Of a stretch of DNA of 64,000 nucleotides, positions 1 to 10,205 are shown piece by piece. Below the pieces are notes generated by a model. The model was not told the DNA's origin. It saw only the letters and a program-made list of their open reading frames with translations, and made no database searches. Position 1 is the first letter of the stretch. Each line of letters starts with the position of its first letter. Source of the stretch: an uncultured Gemmatimonadales bacterium (GTDB taxonomy: Bacteria; Gemmatimonadota; Gemmatimonadetes; Longimicrobiales; RSA9); contig CAWCRS010000001.1 of the NCBI GenBank assembly GCA_963798085.1, forward strand, positions 288,001 through 352,000, written 5' to 3'. The position numbers were made by a program, and so were the translations under genes.

Positions 1-1
1 G

Positions 2-304
2 ATGGCAGTGCAGCCGCGTCTGCCTTGCACCAAGCTCAACCTGCGCTTCCGCCGTGACGACATGATCGATCGCTTCCTCGCCAGCGGCCGCACCGGTGTC
101 TACTTCAAGGTCATCGAAGAAGGTGTGCTGCAGGCTGGTGACATCGTCGAGCGAACCATCGCTAACGCGTCCGGCATCACGATTGCGCAGGCAACGCAAC
201 TGTACACGGGTGCCAGCGACGACCCGGCACTGCTTCGCCAGGCCGTTGCGACGCCGGCGCTGCCCGAGGCGTGGCAGCGGCGATTCGGCCGGAAGCTCGG
301 GTAA
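2..304 (+). CDS. MOSC-domain protein (YiiM-like), 5'-truncated by the window edge
   Basis: QPRLPCTKL...GRTGVYFKVIEEG..AGD motif plus C-terminal 3-alpha-like tail. Confidence 0.85.
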   Translation: MAVQPRLPCTKLNLRFRRDDMIDRFLASGRTGVYFKVIEEGVLQAGDIVERTIANASGITIAQATQLYTGASDDPALLRQAVATPALPEAWQRRFGRKLG

Positions 305-345
305 GACTGCGAAGGCATTGCCGGGGCCGGGCCTGGTTGCTGAGG

Positions 346-506
346 GAACGGATTTACGGCAGGTTGGGGCTGGGAACTACGGCATCCCTGGAGTCTCGCG
401 CTTCCCAGCGTCGGCGATTCGTGCCCACCGGACGCCCTCGCGTTTCCAGCCGCACCCCTCCGTGCCCACTGTGTCCGCTGTGTGATAATGATCCGTTAAT
501 CCGTTC
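346..506. repeat. Inverted-repeat-bounded intergenic element between convergent genes
   Basis: GAACGGATTTACGG (346-359) vs CCGTTAATCCGTTC (493-506), 13/14 inverted match. Confidence 0.55.
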
Positions 507-531
507 GTCCGGCACTGCGTAGAGGTTGCGC

Positions 532-3236
532 CTACCGCTTTGCCGCACCGCCTCCGCCCGCCACCGTGTCCGCCTTCACCCAGAAGCCCGGACTGCCCGC
601 TGCCTTCGCCGCGACTTCACCCCCGAAGAGCGCGGCGTTGAACACGATGCGGAACGTGCCCAAGGGCTGTCCCCGCCACTGCGGCCGGAACCCGATGAGG
701 ATGACGTGGCCATTGCCCTGCTTCACATCGAGCGCGGCCGCCTGGCCGTGCAGGCTCTTCTCGCCCAGCAGATAACCGGACATCAGGGGCGAGCCTGACT
801 TCTGGTACTTCGCCAGCACTTCGCCCTTGAAGCCATCGAGCGTCGTGAACACGGGGCTGTTGTCGAAGAACACCGGCGCGCGTCCCGGCATGCCTGCCAT
901 CACCGGGTGCGCGGGATCGGTGAGGATCTCGAGAATCGAGCCACTGGCGAAGAACTCGCGCCGACTCACGCCTGCCAGCGCGTTCTTCACCGGCAGATGC
1001 AGCTGCTTGATGGCGAAGTCGGTGGCGCTGTTCAGGCAGACGAGCGGTGCCGCCATCACGCACGAAGGCGTCCAGCGCGCGCACGCCCTCGTCGCCAATG
1101 CCGCCTTCGTAGCGCGGCGGTACCGTGCCTTTCGCGTACCCTTCGAGCATGCCCGCGCGTGTTGTCGGAGGGCAGCAGGATGCCGTGAAGCGATCACCCA
1201 GATCGCCGGCACGGAAGTCGGCGTTGCTTATGACAGTGTAGGCGAAGCCGTACTGATCGAGCAGCCACTCGGTCCAGCCTTCGTCCATGCTCGCCCGCCA
1301 TGACTTGTACAGCGCGATGCGCGGCCGCACCGCCGCTTCGCCCGTCGCATTCGTGCGCTCCGCGTGAATGGCCAGCGAATCCACCAGGTGCTGAGCGTTG
1401 CCTGCGGACACGCCGTCAATGATGTACCGCCCGCTCTCGCCGCCCTCGCCGTCCTTGCCCGGCTTTCCCGCCGCGAAGCGCACGGTGCCGCCCGCGCCAG
1501 GGCGCGGTTGATCAGCGGAACGCATTGTTCTCCGCCGCGTCCACGGCCAGGTGTGCGCCGGTTCCGGTGATGCGGCCGGCGGCGGCACGATGGCGGCGGC
1601 CACACCGTTCGACGCGAAAGGTGCGTCCGGCGCATTGGCCGCGGCACCCGGGTCCGCCTGCAGCATCGTCATGGCCGCGCGGAAATCGTCGGGCAGTGGC
1701 GCGGCCGCGGTGATCACATGCACGTCCATCTGGAACGGCAGCGTCCAGCCCGCCGCGTCGTAGGGCTGCTCGGGTGGACCATCCGGATACTCGCGCAGAT
1801 CCGGGTAGTCCTGCACATCGAACAGCTGGCGCACCAGCTCGGCAAACTCCTGATTCATGGGAATCACCCACGTGCCCTTCGCGTAGCTCACGCCATCGTA
1901 CGTCTGCATCGCGGGTCAGCTGCGCGATCCGGATACCGTTGAACGCCAGCCGGCGCAGCAGGTCGGCGGCGACGCCGGGATCGCGCTGCGCCTGCGGGAC
2001 TATGTAGGCGTACGGCGGCTCCTTCTCGTAGCGATGGATGGCGTCACGACCCGCCTGATAGCGGTTGTAGAGCAGCTGGTCCTTGTACTTGGCCGCGTAG
2101 TCGAGCACGGAGATGGATGCGGTGACCATGTAGTCGACCGCATCACGCAGGCGCCACCAGCCGCCCGGCCAGGGACTCGAGTAGAGCGCACCGGGCCGCA
2201 GGTCGCGCATGTTCTGCGGGAAGTCGCTCATCGTGTAGAAATGCGGTGTTGCGTAGTTGTACAGCGCCGTCTCCGTCCAGAACGCGGCAATGTTCTGCAT
2301 CATGGGCATGTAGTCAATGTAGCCCGGGTACCACGCGTCGTAGCCCGTGCCCATGTGCGTGGCGCCGGGCTGGCCGTTGGACTCGAGACCCTGCGCGATC
2401 AGCATGCCAATGGCGTTCACTTCGCGCGACATGAGCGGCGGCACGCGCGGCGCGATGGGCTCGGCGAAGGGCGGCAGCCAGATGCGCGTGGGAAAAGGCG
2501 ACGACTGGTGCTGCACGTAGATGATCTGCGGCTCCCACTGCCGCCATGTTCTGGCTACTACACGCGACTCCTGCACGTTCAGCATGTAGGCATCGCGGTT
2601 GTTGTCGTGGCCAATGTACTTCTGATACAGCTCGTGCAGGGGCGCGCCCTCGTAGGACGTGCCCACGTTTTCGCGGTACCAGTCGGCGACAATGTCCTGG
2701 CCGTCGGGATTGATCGACGGCCACAGGAATAGCACGACGTTATCGAGTATTGCGCGCAGCTTCGGATCGGCCGTACCGGCGATCAGGTCGTGCGCCAGCT
2801 GGATGGTGTGCTGCGCGCCGGCGACTTCGGAAGCGTGCAGGCCGCCACTGATGTCGACGAACGCTTTCGTCTGCTGCACCAGCTGCCTCGCCTCGGCGTC
2901 GCTCAGGCCGGCCGGATGCGCCAGCCGCTGCGCGATTTCGCGGTAGTGGTCGAGGTTCCGCAGATTCTCCGGCGACGAGATGATGGCCAGCGTCCAGGGC
3001 CGGCCCAGCGAGGTCCGGCCCACTTCCACGAGCCGGATGTAATCGGATGATGCGGCCAGCCGCCTGAAGTAGTCGATCGACTCCTCGTACCGTGCCAGCC
3101 TGTAGTCTGCCCCGGGCTGGAACCCGAGCACGGATTCGGGTGTGGGAACAGCCTGTTGCGCGGCGAGGCGCGCGGCCGGGCCGCCTGCGAGGATCGTGGC
3201 AACGCACAACAGCGTGGACAGGGCACGTGGCTTCAT
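532..3236 (-). pseudogene. Secreted M14-family zinc carboxypeptidase, broken by about 6 or more frameshifts at 1045-1915 (pseudogene or assembly error)
   Basis: Signal peptide MKPRALSTLL; GLHASE, HDNNRD and QHQ zinc/substrate motifs; C-terminal SMDEGW and GFRPQWRGQ segments lie in different frames; paralog of 48881-51853. Confidence 0.85.
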
Positions 3237-3456
3237 CGCTGGCTCCGTGTGGTGATTCGCGGCTCCTCGACCGGCTGCGCAGCAGGACCGTAGGTGGCAG
3301 GGACATGCGGGGCAAGTGGCGGCCGGCGGGCCCGGGGCCGGCGCACACGTCAGGCGACAGCCTCGCGAGTCGTTCTCCCATGCGAGCGCGCCGCCCTGAG
3401 CGACAGTCGCCAGGTGGCGGGCAGCAGCTCGCAGGTGCAACCGTGAATGCAGGTCA

Positions 3457-4521
3457 ATGAATCGTCCCCCAGGGATCGTGCGCTGGCCGGCCCGGTGGCT
3501 GCTGCCCGCGCTGCTGGCTCTCGCCTGTCACGGCGGCGAGCCGGCGGGCCCCGGCTACGGCGGGTCGACACCTTCCGTGCGCTTCGGCAATCCCCTGCCC
3601 GGACCCTTGCTGACACTCGAGTTCTACGGCGCCTACATCGATCACAATGCGACCAGCGGCATCAGCGACTACACGTGCGGTCTCAAGACCTACGACGGCC
3701 ACACCGGCGTCGACATCCTGCTGCGCAATTTCCAGGTGCAGGATTCCGGCGTGGTGGTGGTGGCCGCCGCCAATGGCACGGTGCAGTCGACGCATGATGG
3801 CGAGTTCGATCGCAGCACGACAAACGGCGCGGGCGGCTTCGGCAACAACGTCGTGATCGCGCACGGCGAGGGCGTCACCAGCATTTACGGCCACATGCGG
3901 CGAAGCTCGATCGCTGTAACACCGGGTCAGGTCGTGACCGCGGGCACGATGCTGGGCCTGGTCGGCTCTTCCGGCAACTCGAACTGGCCGCACCTGCACT
4001 TCGAGGTGCAGCTCAACAATGCACCGCGCGACCCCTTCCACGGTTCATGCAACGCGCTGACCGGCCTGTGGTCCAGCCAATTGGCCTATCAGGACACGTT
4101 CCTGCTGGCGGATGCGGGTATCGTGCGCAACGACATCTCCTTCGCGCAGCTGCTCGAGAAGCCGCCGCCCGTCAGTCTCATCACGTCAAATGACGCCTCC
4201 CTCACGTACTGGCTGGAGTTCTTCAACATCCAGAACGTCAGTGCCCGCTTCAATGTTTACGATCCGCGCGATTCACTGTACCTGTCGCAGCCCGTGAACG
4301 TGGGCCGCACCTTCTCCATGCGTTTCCTCACTTTGAACCTGCCCGTTGCCGGCCAGCTCTCGCGGCCCGGCACGTGGCGCATCGAGTACTTCCAGAACGG
4401 CCAGCGCCTGGACACGCGCTCCTTCGTGCTGGCCCTGGTTGCGAGCGCCTCGCCTGCCACGCCCCCACGCGCGCGCGCGCCACGCGTTCTGTTGTCGGAG
4501 CAGGGCGGCGACGGGCGCTAG
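3457..4521 (+). CDS. M23-family metallopeptidase, probable lipoprotein
   Basis: HTGVD (HxxxD), GFGNNVVIAH, YGHM and PHLHFEV (HxH) motifs; LALAC lipobox-like. Confidence 0.9.
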   Translation: MNRPPGIVRWPARWLLPALLALACHGGEPAGPGYGGSTPSVRFGNPLPGPLLTLEFYGAYIDHNATSGISDYTCGLKTYDGHTGVDILLRNFQVQDSGVVVVAAANGTVQSTHDGEFDRSTTNGAGGFGNNVVIAHGEGVTSIYGHMRRSSIAVTPGQVVTAGTMLGLVGSSGNSNWPHLHFEVQLNNAPRDPFHGSCNALTGLWSSQLAYQDTFLLADAGIVRNDISFAQLLEKPPPVSLITSNDASLTYWLEFFNIQNVSARFNVYDPRDSLYLSQPVNVGRTFSMRFLTLNLPVAGQLSRPGTWRIEYFQNGQRLDTRSFVLALVASASPATPPRARAPRVLLSEQGGDGR

Positions 4522-4602
4522 CGCTGGCGCTTGCCCTGCCTGCCAGCCCGGCCTCACCTTGCAGCCCGGTATCACAGTCGCACCAAACGCATGGAGGGGT
4601 TC

Positions 4603-4794
4603 ATGGGTCTCTTCTGGGATCTGTTGCAGCAGAGTCAGATCAGCCGTCAGGGTGAACGGACGGCGTCTGTGGAGACACGCCTCAGCTATCTGGAGTCCGA
4701 GCTGCGCCGCACGCAGGAGCTGATGCGGGACGTGATCCAGCGGCTGGAGCAGAAGGTGGGCGCCGACCTGGATCGTGACGGTCGCATCGGCTGA
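4603..4794 (+). CDS. Small hypothetical coiled-coil protein (63 aa)
   Basis: GGAGG RBS before ATG 4603; MGLFWDLLQQSQI...DLDRDGRIG. Confidence 0.7.
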   Translation: MGLFWDLLQQSQISRQGERTASVETRLSYLESELRRTQELMRDVIQRLEQKVGADLDRDGRIG

Positions 4795-4860
4795 AGACGG
4801 AACGAGCCGGGTCGCTGTAATCCGCCGTTAGAGCGGCTCGCGCATGATGCAGGCGACGAC

Positions 4861-5652
4861 GTGACCTCCACGCTTCTCCTGGCCGGCCACCACCTCGAGT
4901 ACCGCTGGATCGACGGCGCTCCCGATCGCGCCGCGCGTGCCCCTGCCATTGTGTTCCTGCACGAGGGGCTGGGCAGTGTGTCCGCGTGGCGTGATTTTCC
5001 CGACCGCGTGGCCGGCGACACCGGCCTCGCCGCACTGCTCTACAGCCGGCTCGGATACGGCGCATCGGACCCGGTCGCCGGGCCGCGCGCGGTTTCCTTC
5101 ATGCACGAGGAAGCACTCAGCGTCCTGCCTGCCCTACTGCGTCATTTCGAGCTCGACAATGTGATCCTGTTCGGGCACAGTGACGGCGCATCCATCGCGC
5201 TGATCTACGCGGGTGCCGCGGCGGGTCCCGTGCGCGCGCTCGTGCTGGAAGCGCCCCACGTTTTCGTCGAGCCCATCTGCGTGCAGAGCATCAGCCGCCT
5301 GGCCGCGAGCTTCGAGAGCAGCGGACTGCACGAGCGGCTGGCGCGGCATCACGGTCCTAACACGGAGTCAATGTTCCGCAGCTGGACGGGTGTCTGGCTG
5401 GATCCGGAGTTCCGCGGCTGGAACATCGAGGCGTACCTGCCGGGTGTGGTCGATCCGGTGCTGGTCGTGCAGGGCGAGCGCGACGAGTACGGCACACTGT
5501 CGCAGGTGGACGCGATCATGGCGAGGGTGCGCGGTCCGGTGACGTCACTGGTGCTGCCGGACGGCGGTCACGCGCCGCACCGCGACCAGCCGGAGCGTGT
5601 GCTGGCGGCGGTCACGCGCTTCATTCGCGACACGCTCGAGGGCGGCGGCTGA
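4861..5652 (+). CDS. Alpha/beta fold hydrolase
   Basis: FLHEGLGS, GHSDGA nucleophile elbow, QGERDEYG, GHAPH. Confidence 0.9.
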   Translation: MTSTLLLAGHHLEYRWIDGAPDRAARAPAIVFLHEGLGSVSAWRDFPDRVAGDTGLAALLYSRLGYGASDPVAGPRAVSFMHEEALSVLPALLRHFELDNVILFGHSDGASIALIYAGAAAGPVRALVLEAPHVFVEPICVQSISRLAASFESSGLHERLARHHGPNTESMFRSWTGVWLDPEFRGWNIEAYLPGVVDPVLVVQGERDEYGTLSQVDAIMARVRGPVTSLVLPDGGHAPHRDQPERVLAAVTRFIRDTLEGGG

Positions 5653-5870
5653 ACCGCATCTCAACGCTGACGCCGGGCGAGGCGTCAGTTCCCCGTTGCG
5701 CGCGCAACGCTGGCCGCCGGCATGCGCGGGCTGGCGTGTGCTGGCGCGGGCCGCCGCAGGTGTGCTAAGGTTGTGCCGCCGGCCGCGCCGCGTCGCCCCC
5801 GGTCAACGCGCATGGATCGCGGGCGGACCTCCACCAGCCACACATCCTGACGCCGGAGTCGTTGCCTCCT

Positions 5871-8315
5871 ATGACCCGACCAGAATCGCCGTCGGTACAA
5901 GTCGCCGTGTCGCGGCAGGTGCTGCCACTGCTGCTCCTGCTGTTCGTGGGCAGTGGCTGCGCCGCGCTGATCTACGAAATCGTGTGGTTCCAGCTGCTCT
6001 CGCTGATCGTGGGCTCATCCGCGATCTCGATGGGCGTGCTGCTGGCCACGTTCATGGGCGGCATGTGCCTCGGCAGTCTCGCGCTCGCCCGCTACATCTC
6101 ACCACGCCGGCATCCGCTGCGCGTGTATGCGCTGATCGAGCTGGGCATAGGCGTCTTCGGCCTGCTGGTTCTGTTCGGCCTGCCCTGGGTGGGCGGACTG
6201 TACACGGCCATTGGCGGGCCCGGCTTCACGGGTCTGCTGTTCCGCGGCCTGTTCTGCGCGCTGTTCCTGCTCGGTCCCACACTGCTGATGGGCGCGACAC
6301 TGCCCGCCGTGGCGCGCTGGGTCGAGGGCACACCACAGGGCGTTTCCTGGCTGGGCTTCCTCTACGGTGCTAACACCGTGGGCGCGGTGGGCGGCTGCCT
6401 GCTCGCGGGATTCTATCTGCTGCGCGTGCACGACATGCAGACGGCCACGTACGTCGCGGTGCTGATCAACGTGATCGTCGCCGCGGGCGGCTACGGCCTG
6501 TCACGCGTGCTGCCGCACCATCCACCCGCGGAAAGCGCACAACCCGTGATCGCGCGCGTGCCTGCCGGCTCGTGGCCCGTGTTAGTCACGATCGGCCTCT
6601 CCGGACTCACCGCGCTGGGCGCGGAAGTGGTGTGGACCCGCCTGCTCTCCCTGACACTGGGCGCAACCACCTACACGTTCTCGCTCATTCTGGCCGCGTT
6701 CCTCGTCGGCATTGGCCTGGGCAGCTGGGCGGGCTCGATGATCGCGCGCACCAGCACGAACGCACGCGTCGCGCTCGGCCTCTGCCAGCTGCTGCTGATG
6801 CTGGGCATTGCGTGGGCCGCGTATTCGATTTCCGAGGCGCTGCCCTACTGGCCCATCAATCCTTCTCTCTCGCCAGCGCCGCGCTTCACGTTCGAGATCG
6901 ACATGGTGCGCTGCCTCTGGGTCGTGCTGCCTTCCGCCATTCTCTGGGGCGCCAGTTTCCCGCTCGCGCTCGCCGGCATTGCCACACGCGAGCAGGACAC
7001 AGGCCGCATGGTGGGCGTCGTCTACGCAGCGAATACTGTGGGCGCCATCATTGGCGCGCTGGTTTCGTCGCTGCTGCTCATCGCATGGATCGGGACGCAG
7101 CAGTCACAGCGTCTGCTGATCGTGATTGCCGGCCTCAGCGCACTGCTGCTGCTGGTGCCCGCGGTCGCCGCTTCGGGCAGGCTGATCCTGCGCTCGCAGA
7201 GCGTGGCGTGGCTCGTGGTCACCATCGTGCTGGGGGGCTGGCTGGTCGCCGACGTCCACGCCATTCCGCCGCTGCTCGTCGCGTACGGCCGCTACATGGT
7301 CACGTGGCTCGACAACCACGGCGACATCATCTACTGGGGCGAGGGCATGAACTCGTCCATGGCCGTCTCGCGTCTGTCCAATGGCGTGCTCAACTACCAC
7401 AACGCGGGCAAGGTGCAGGCCTCGAGCGAGCCGCAGGACATGCGGCTGCAGCGTATGCTCGGTCATCTCACCACCCTGGTGCCCGAACACGCGCGCTCCG
7501 TTCTCGTGATCGGCTGCGGCGCCGGCGTCACGGCGGGCGCGGTGAGCATCGACCCGGTCGTCGAGACCGAGACGATTGCGGAAATCGAACCGCTGGTTCC
7601 CTTCGTGGTGTCGAAGTACTTCAGCGAGCACAATTTCTCCGTCGTGTCGAATCCCAAGGTGCACGTGAAGATCAATGACGCGCGCCATTTCCTGCTGACT
7701 TCGCATCAGAAGTTCGACGCGGTCACGTCCGATCCCTTCGATCCGTGGGTCAAGGGCGCGGCGACACTGTACACGAAGGAATTCTTCGAGGTGGTGAAGC
7801 AGCACCTGAATCCGGGCGGCATCATGACGGTGTTCGTGCAGCTCTACGAGAGCAACACGGAAGCCGTGAAGAGCGAGGTCGCCACCTTCTTCGCCGCGTT
7901 CCCGAATGGCGTCGTCTTCGGCAACACCAACAACGGCAGCGGCTATGATGTCGTGCTGATGGGTCAGGTCGAGCCCCGCCAGATCAACATTGATGCCATG
8001 GAAGAGAAACTGGCCAGCCCGCAGTACGCGCAGGTGGCGGAGTCGCTGCGCCAGATCGGCTTCTATTCCGCTAAGGACCTGTTTGCCACGTACGCGGCGC
8101 AGGGGCCGGACCTCAAGGAATGGCTGGCGGACGCGCAGATCAACCGTGACCGCAACCTGCGACTGCAGTACCTGGCCGGGCTGGGACTCAACCTCTACGA
8201 ACAGGACCAGATCTATCGCGGCATGCTGCAGTACCGGAAGTTCCCCGAGAACCTGTTCACGGGCTCGCCCGAACGGCTGTCGGCGCTGCGCGCCGCCATC
8301 CTCTGGGGACAATAG
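5871..8315 (+). CDS. Fused MFS-like membrane domain / spermidine-synthase-like SAM-binding protein
   Basis: SGCAALIYEIVW, multiple TM helices, VLVIGCGAGVT, EIEP, DARHFL, FDAVTSDPFDPW, LYTKEFF. Confidence 0.88.
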   Translation: MTRPESPSVQVAVSRQVLPLLLLLFVGSGCAALIYEIVWFQLLSLIVGSSAISMGVLLATFMGGMCLGSLALARYISPRRHPLRVYALIELGIGVFGLLVLFGLPWVGGLYTAIGGPGFTGLLFRGLFCALFLLGPTLLMGATLPAVARWVEGTPQGVSWLGFLYGANTVGAVGGCLLAGFYLLRVHDMQTATYVAVLINVIVAAGGYGLSRVLPHHPPAESAQPVIARVPAGSWPVLVTIGLSGLTALGAEVVWTRLLSLTLGATTYTFSLILAAFLVGIGLGSWAGSMIARTSTNARVALGLCQLLLMLGIAWAAYSISEALPYWPINPSLSPAPRFTFEIDMVRCLWVVLPSAILWGASFPLALAGIATREQDTGRMVGVVYAANTVGAIIGALVSSLLLIAWIGTQQSQRLLIVIAGLSALLLLVPAVAASGRLILRSQSVAWLVVTIVLGGWLVADVHAIPPLLVAYGRYMVTWLDNHGDIIYWGEGMNSSMAVSRLSNGVLNYHNAGKVQASSEPQDMRLQRMLGHLTTLVPEHARSVLVIGCGAGVTAGAVSIDPVVETETIAEIEPLVPFVVSKYFSEHNFSVVSNPKVHVKINDARHFLLTSHQKFDAVTSDPFDPWVKGAATLYTKEFFEVVKQHLNPGGIMTVFVQLYESNTEAVKSEVATFFAAFPNGVVFGNTNNGSGYDVVLMGQVEPRQINIDAMEEKLASPQYAQVAESLRQIGFYSAKDLFATYAAQGPDLKEWLADAQINRDRNLRLQYLAGLGLNLYEQDQIYRGMLQYRKFPENLFTGSPERLSALRAAILWGQ

Positions 8316-8320
8316 GCGAC

Positions 8321-9820
8321 GTGACGCACTTCTCCTGGCTGGACGGCTCCATCGTCGGGCTGTACCTGCTGGCCACCATGGTGATCGGCATCATGGTGCG
8401 GAAATACGTGGGCAGGGTCGAGGACTTCCTGGTGGCAGGCCGCGAGATGAATCTCTATCTCGGCATTGCCTCCCTCGCCGCCACCGAGTTCGGCATTGTC
8501 ACGTGCATGTACACGGCGCAGGCGGGCTACAAGTACGGCTTCGCCGGCGCCACACCCGGCATTGCCAATGCTATCGCCATGTTTGTCGTGGGCTGGACCG
8601 GCTTCGGCATCAAGCCGCTGCGCGATGCCGGAGTCATGACCATTCCCGAGCTGTTCGAGCAGCGCTTCGGAACCTGGATCCGCTGGGCATCCGGCATTGT
8701 CATTGTGTTGGGCGGCCTGCTCAACATGGGCGTGTTCCTGCGCGTGGGTGGCGAATTCCTCATGCTCGTCACGGGCGTGGACATGCGCTACCTCGAGCTG
8801 ACCATGACCGCGCTGCTGGTGCTCGTCGCCGTCTACACCATCCTGGGCGGCATGCTCTCCGTGCTGGTCACGGATTTCCTGCAGTTCATTGTCATGAGCG
8901 CCGGCCTGCTGGCCGTGACGTTTCTGATCCTCTCGCACATCGGCTGGAACGCGCTGCAGAGCGCGGTGAGCACACACATCGGCGCGGGCGGCTTCAATCC
9001 CTTCGTGCACCCGGAGCTGGGCCCCTCCTACGTGCTGTTCAATCTGGTCGCGCAGTTCGCCGTGGTGCTCACGTGGCAGACGACGATTGCGCGCGTGCTG
9101 TCCGCGAAAGACACGAAGACCGGAAGACAGGTCTACACGCGCACCGCCTTCTTCTTTGTCGCGCGCTTCGTCATTCCCGGACTCTGGGGCATTGCCGCAC
9201 TCGCCACGCTCGCGCCCGGTGTCGTGGGCAGCAACGACCTGCACGCCATGCCCATTCTGCTCAGCGGCCTGCTGCCCGCGGGCCTGCTGGGTCTGGTGAT
9301 CGCCGCCATGCTCGCGGCCGACATGTCCACCGACTCGTCGTACATGCTGACGTGGGGCGGCATCATCTACAATGACATCCTCGCGCCTTTCCGGCGCACG
9401 CGCTGGAGTGAGCGGCGAGGCCTGCTGTGGAACCGCATGATCGTCGCCTGCATCGGCATCTTTCTGCTGTTCTACGGCCTCTGGTATCCACTGCAGGGCG
9501 ACCTCTGGAGCTACCTGCTGGTCACGGGCTCCATCTACCTGTCCAGCATGTCCGTGCTCCTGATTGCATGCTGTTACTGGAAACGCGCCAACAGCTGGGG
9601 CGCCACCGCCGCCATCATCGTGGGCGCCATCATTCCCATCGCGTCACTGGTGCTCGAGCAGGTGCCGGCCACCGCCGCGTTCGCGCAGAGCGTAGGCCGC
9701 AATCGTTTCGGCCTCGCCGCCTACGTCGGCACCGCGCTGGCCATGATCATCGGCTCGCTGCTGAAGCCGGGCGGCGGTGCCCGGCCTTTCACAGCGCAGG
9801 CGACGACGTTCGTCACCTGA
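8321..9820 (+). CDS. Sodium:solute symporter (SSS) family protein
   Basis: DFLVAGR, TIPELFEQRFG, YTILGGMLSVLVTDFLQF, MLAADMST; about 13 TM; GTG start. Confidence 0.92.
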   Translation: MTHFSWLDGSIVGLYLLATMVIGIMVRKYVGRVEDFLVAGREMNLYLGIASLAATEFGIVTCMYTAQAGYKYGFAGATPGIANAIAMFVVGWTGFGIKPLRDAGVMTIPELFEQRFGTWIRWASGIVIVLGGLLNMGVFLRVGGEFLMLVTGVDMRYLELTMTALLVLVAVYTILGGMLSVLVTDFLQFIVMSAGLLAVTFLILSHIGWNALQSAVSTHIGAGGFNPFVHPELGPSYVLFNLVAQFAVVLTWQTTIARVLSAKDTKTGRQVYTRTAFFFVARFVIPGLWGIAALATLAPGVVGSNDLHAMPILLSGLLPAGLLGLVIAAMLAADMSTDSSYMLTWGGIIYNDILAPFRRTRWSERRGLLWNRMIVACIGIFLLFYGLWYPLQGDLWSYLLVTGSIYLSSMSVLLIACCYWKRANSWGATAAIIVGAIIPIASLVLEQVPATAAFAQSVGRNRFGLAAYVGTALAMIIGSLLKPGGGARPFTAQATTFVT

Positions 9821-9852
9821 TCGTCGCGAGGAAAAGCGAAGGAGGTCCACGC

Positions 9853-10002
9853 ATGCCGCAACACTTCCTCTGGTGGCTGCTGGTCGTCGCCTGCGTCGTC
9901 TGGTACTCGACCATCACCATCTACGTCGGCATCCGCGGTTTTCGGGATATTCGAGGCATGCTCGATCGGCTGGAACGCGGGCGAGGGGGTGGGGACCACT
10001 GA
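9853..10002 (+). CDS. Small single-TM protein, possible SSS accessory subunit
   Basis: AAGGAGG RBS; MPQHFLWWLLVVACVVWYSTITIYVGIRGFRDIRGML directly after the SSS gene. Confidence 0.7.
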   Translation: MPQHFLWWLLVVACVVWYSTITIYVGIRGFRDIRGMLDRLERGRGGGDH

Positions 10003-10205
10003 TCGGGAGTGCCGATTGCTGCGGTTGTGGCGGCTGCCGTGCATGGTCGCTGCTCCAACCGTTGTTTATCACGCGGAGCCGCGGAGCCGCGCGGACTGAT
10101 TTCAGCGCGGCACCACGCGACAAGATGTCGGCCGCATGGAGCCACTGATCACTGAAGGAAACATCGGAGCCCTCTTGTTACCAGCCCTCTCTCCCGCCAA
10201 CTGAA

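Noticed and set aside
1045..1915. Programmed frameshifting or phase variation in the M14 gene
   Set aside because: There are too many shifts and no slippery heptamers or long homopolymers at the junctions.
10070..10095. CACGCGGAGCCGCGGAGCCGCGCGG short repeat (similar words at 38250-38267 and 63988-64000)
   Set aside because: Too short and GC-rich to support as a family from this window alone.
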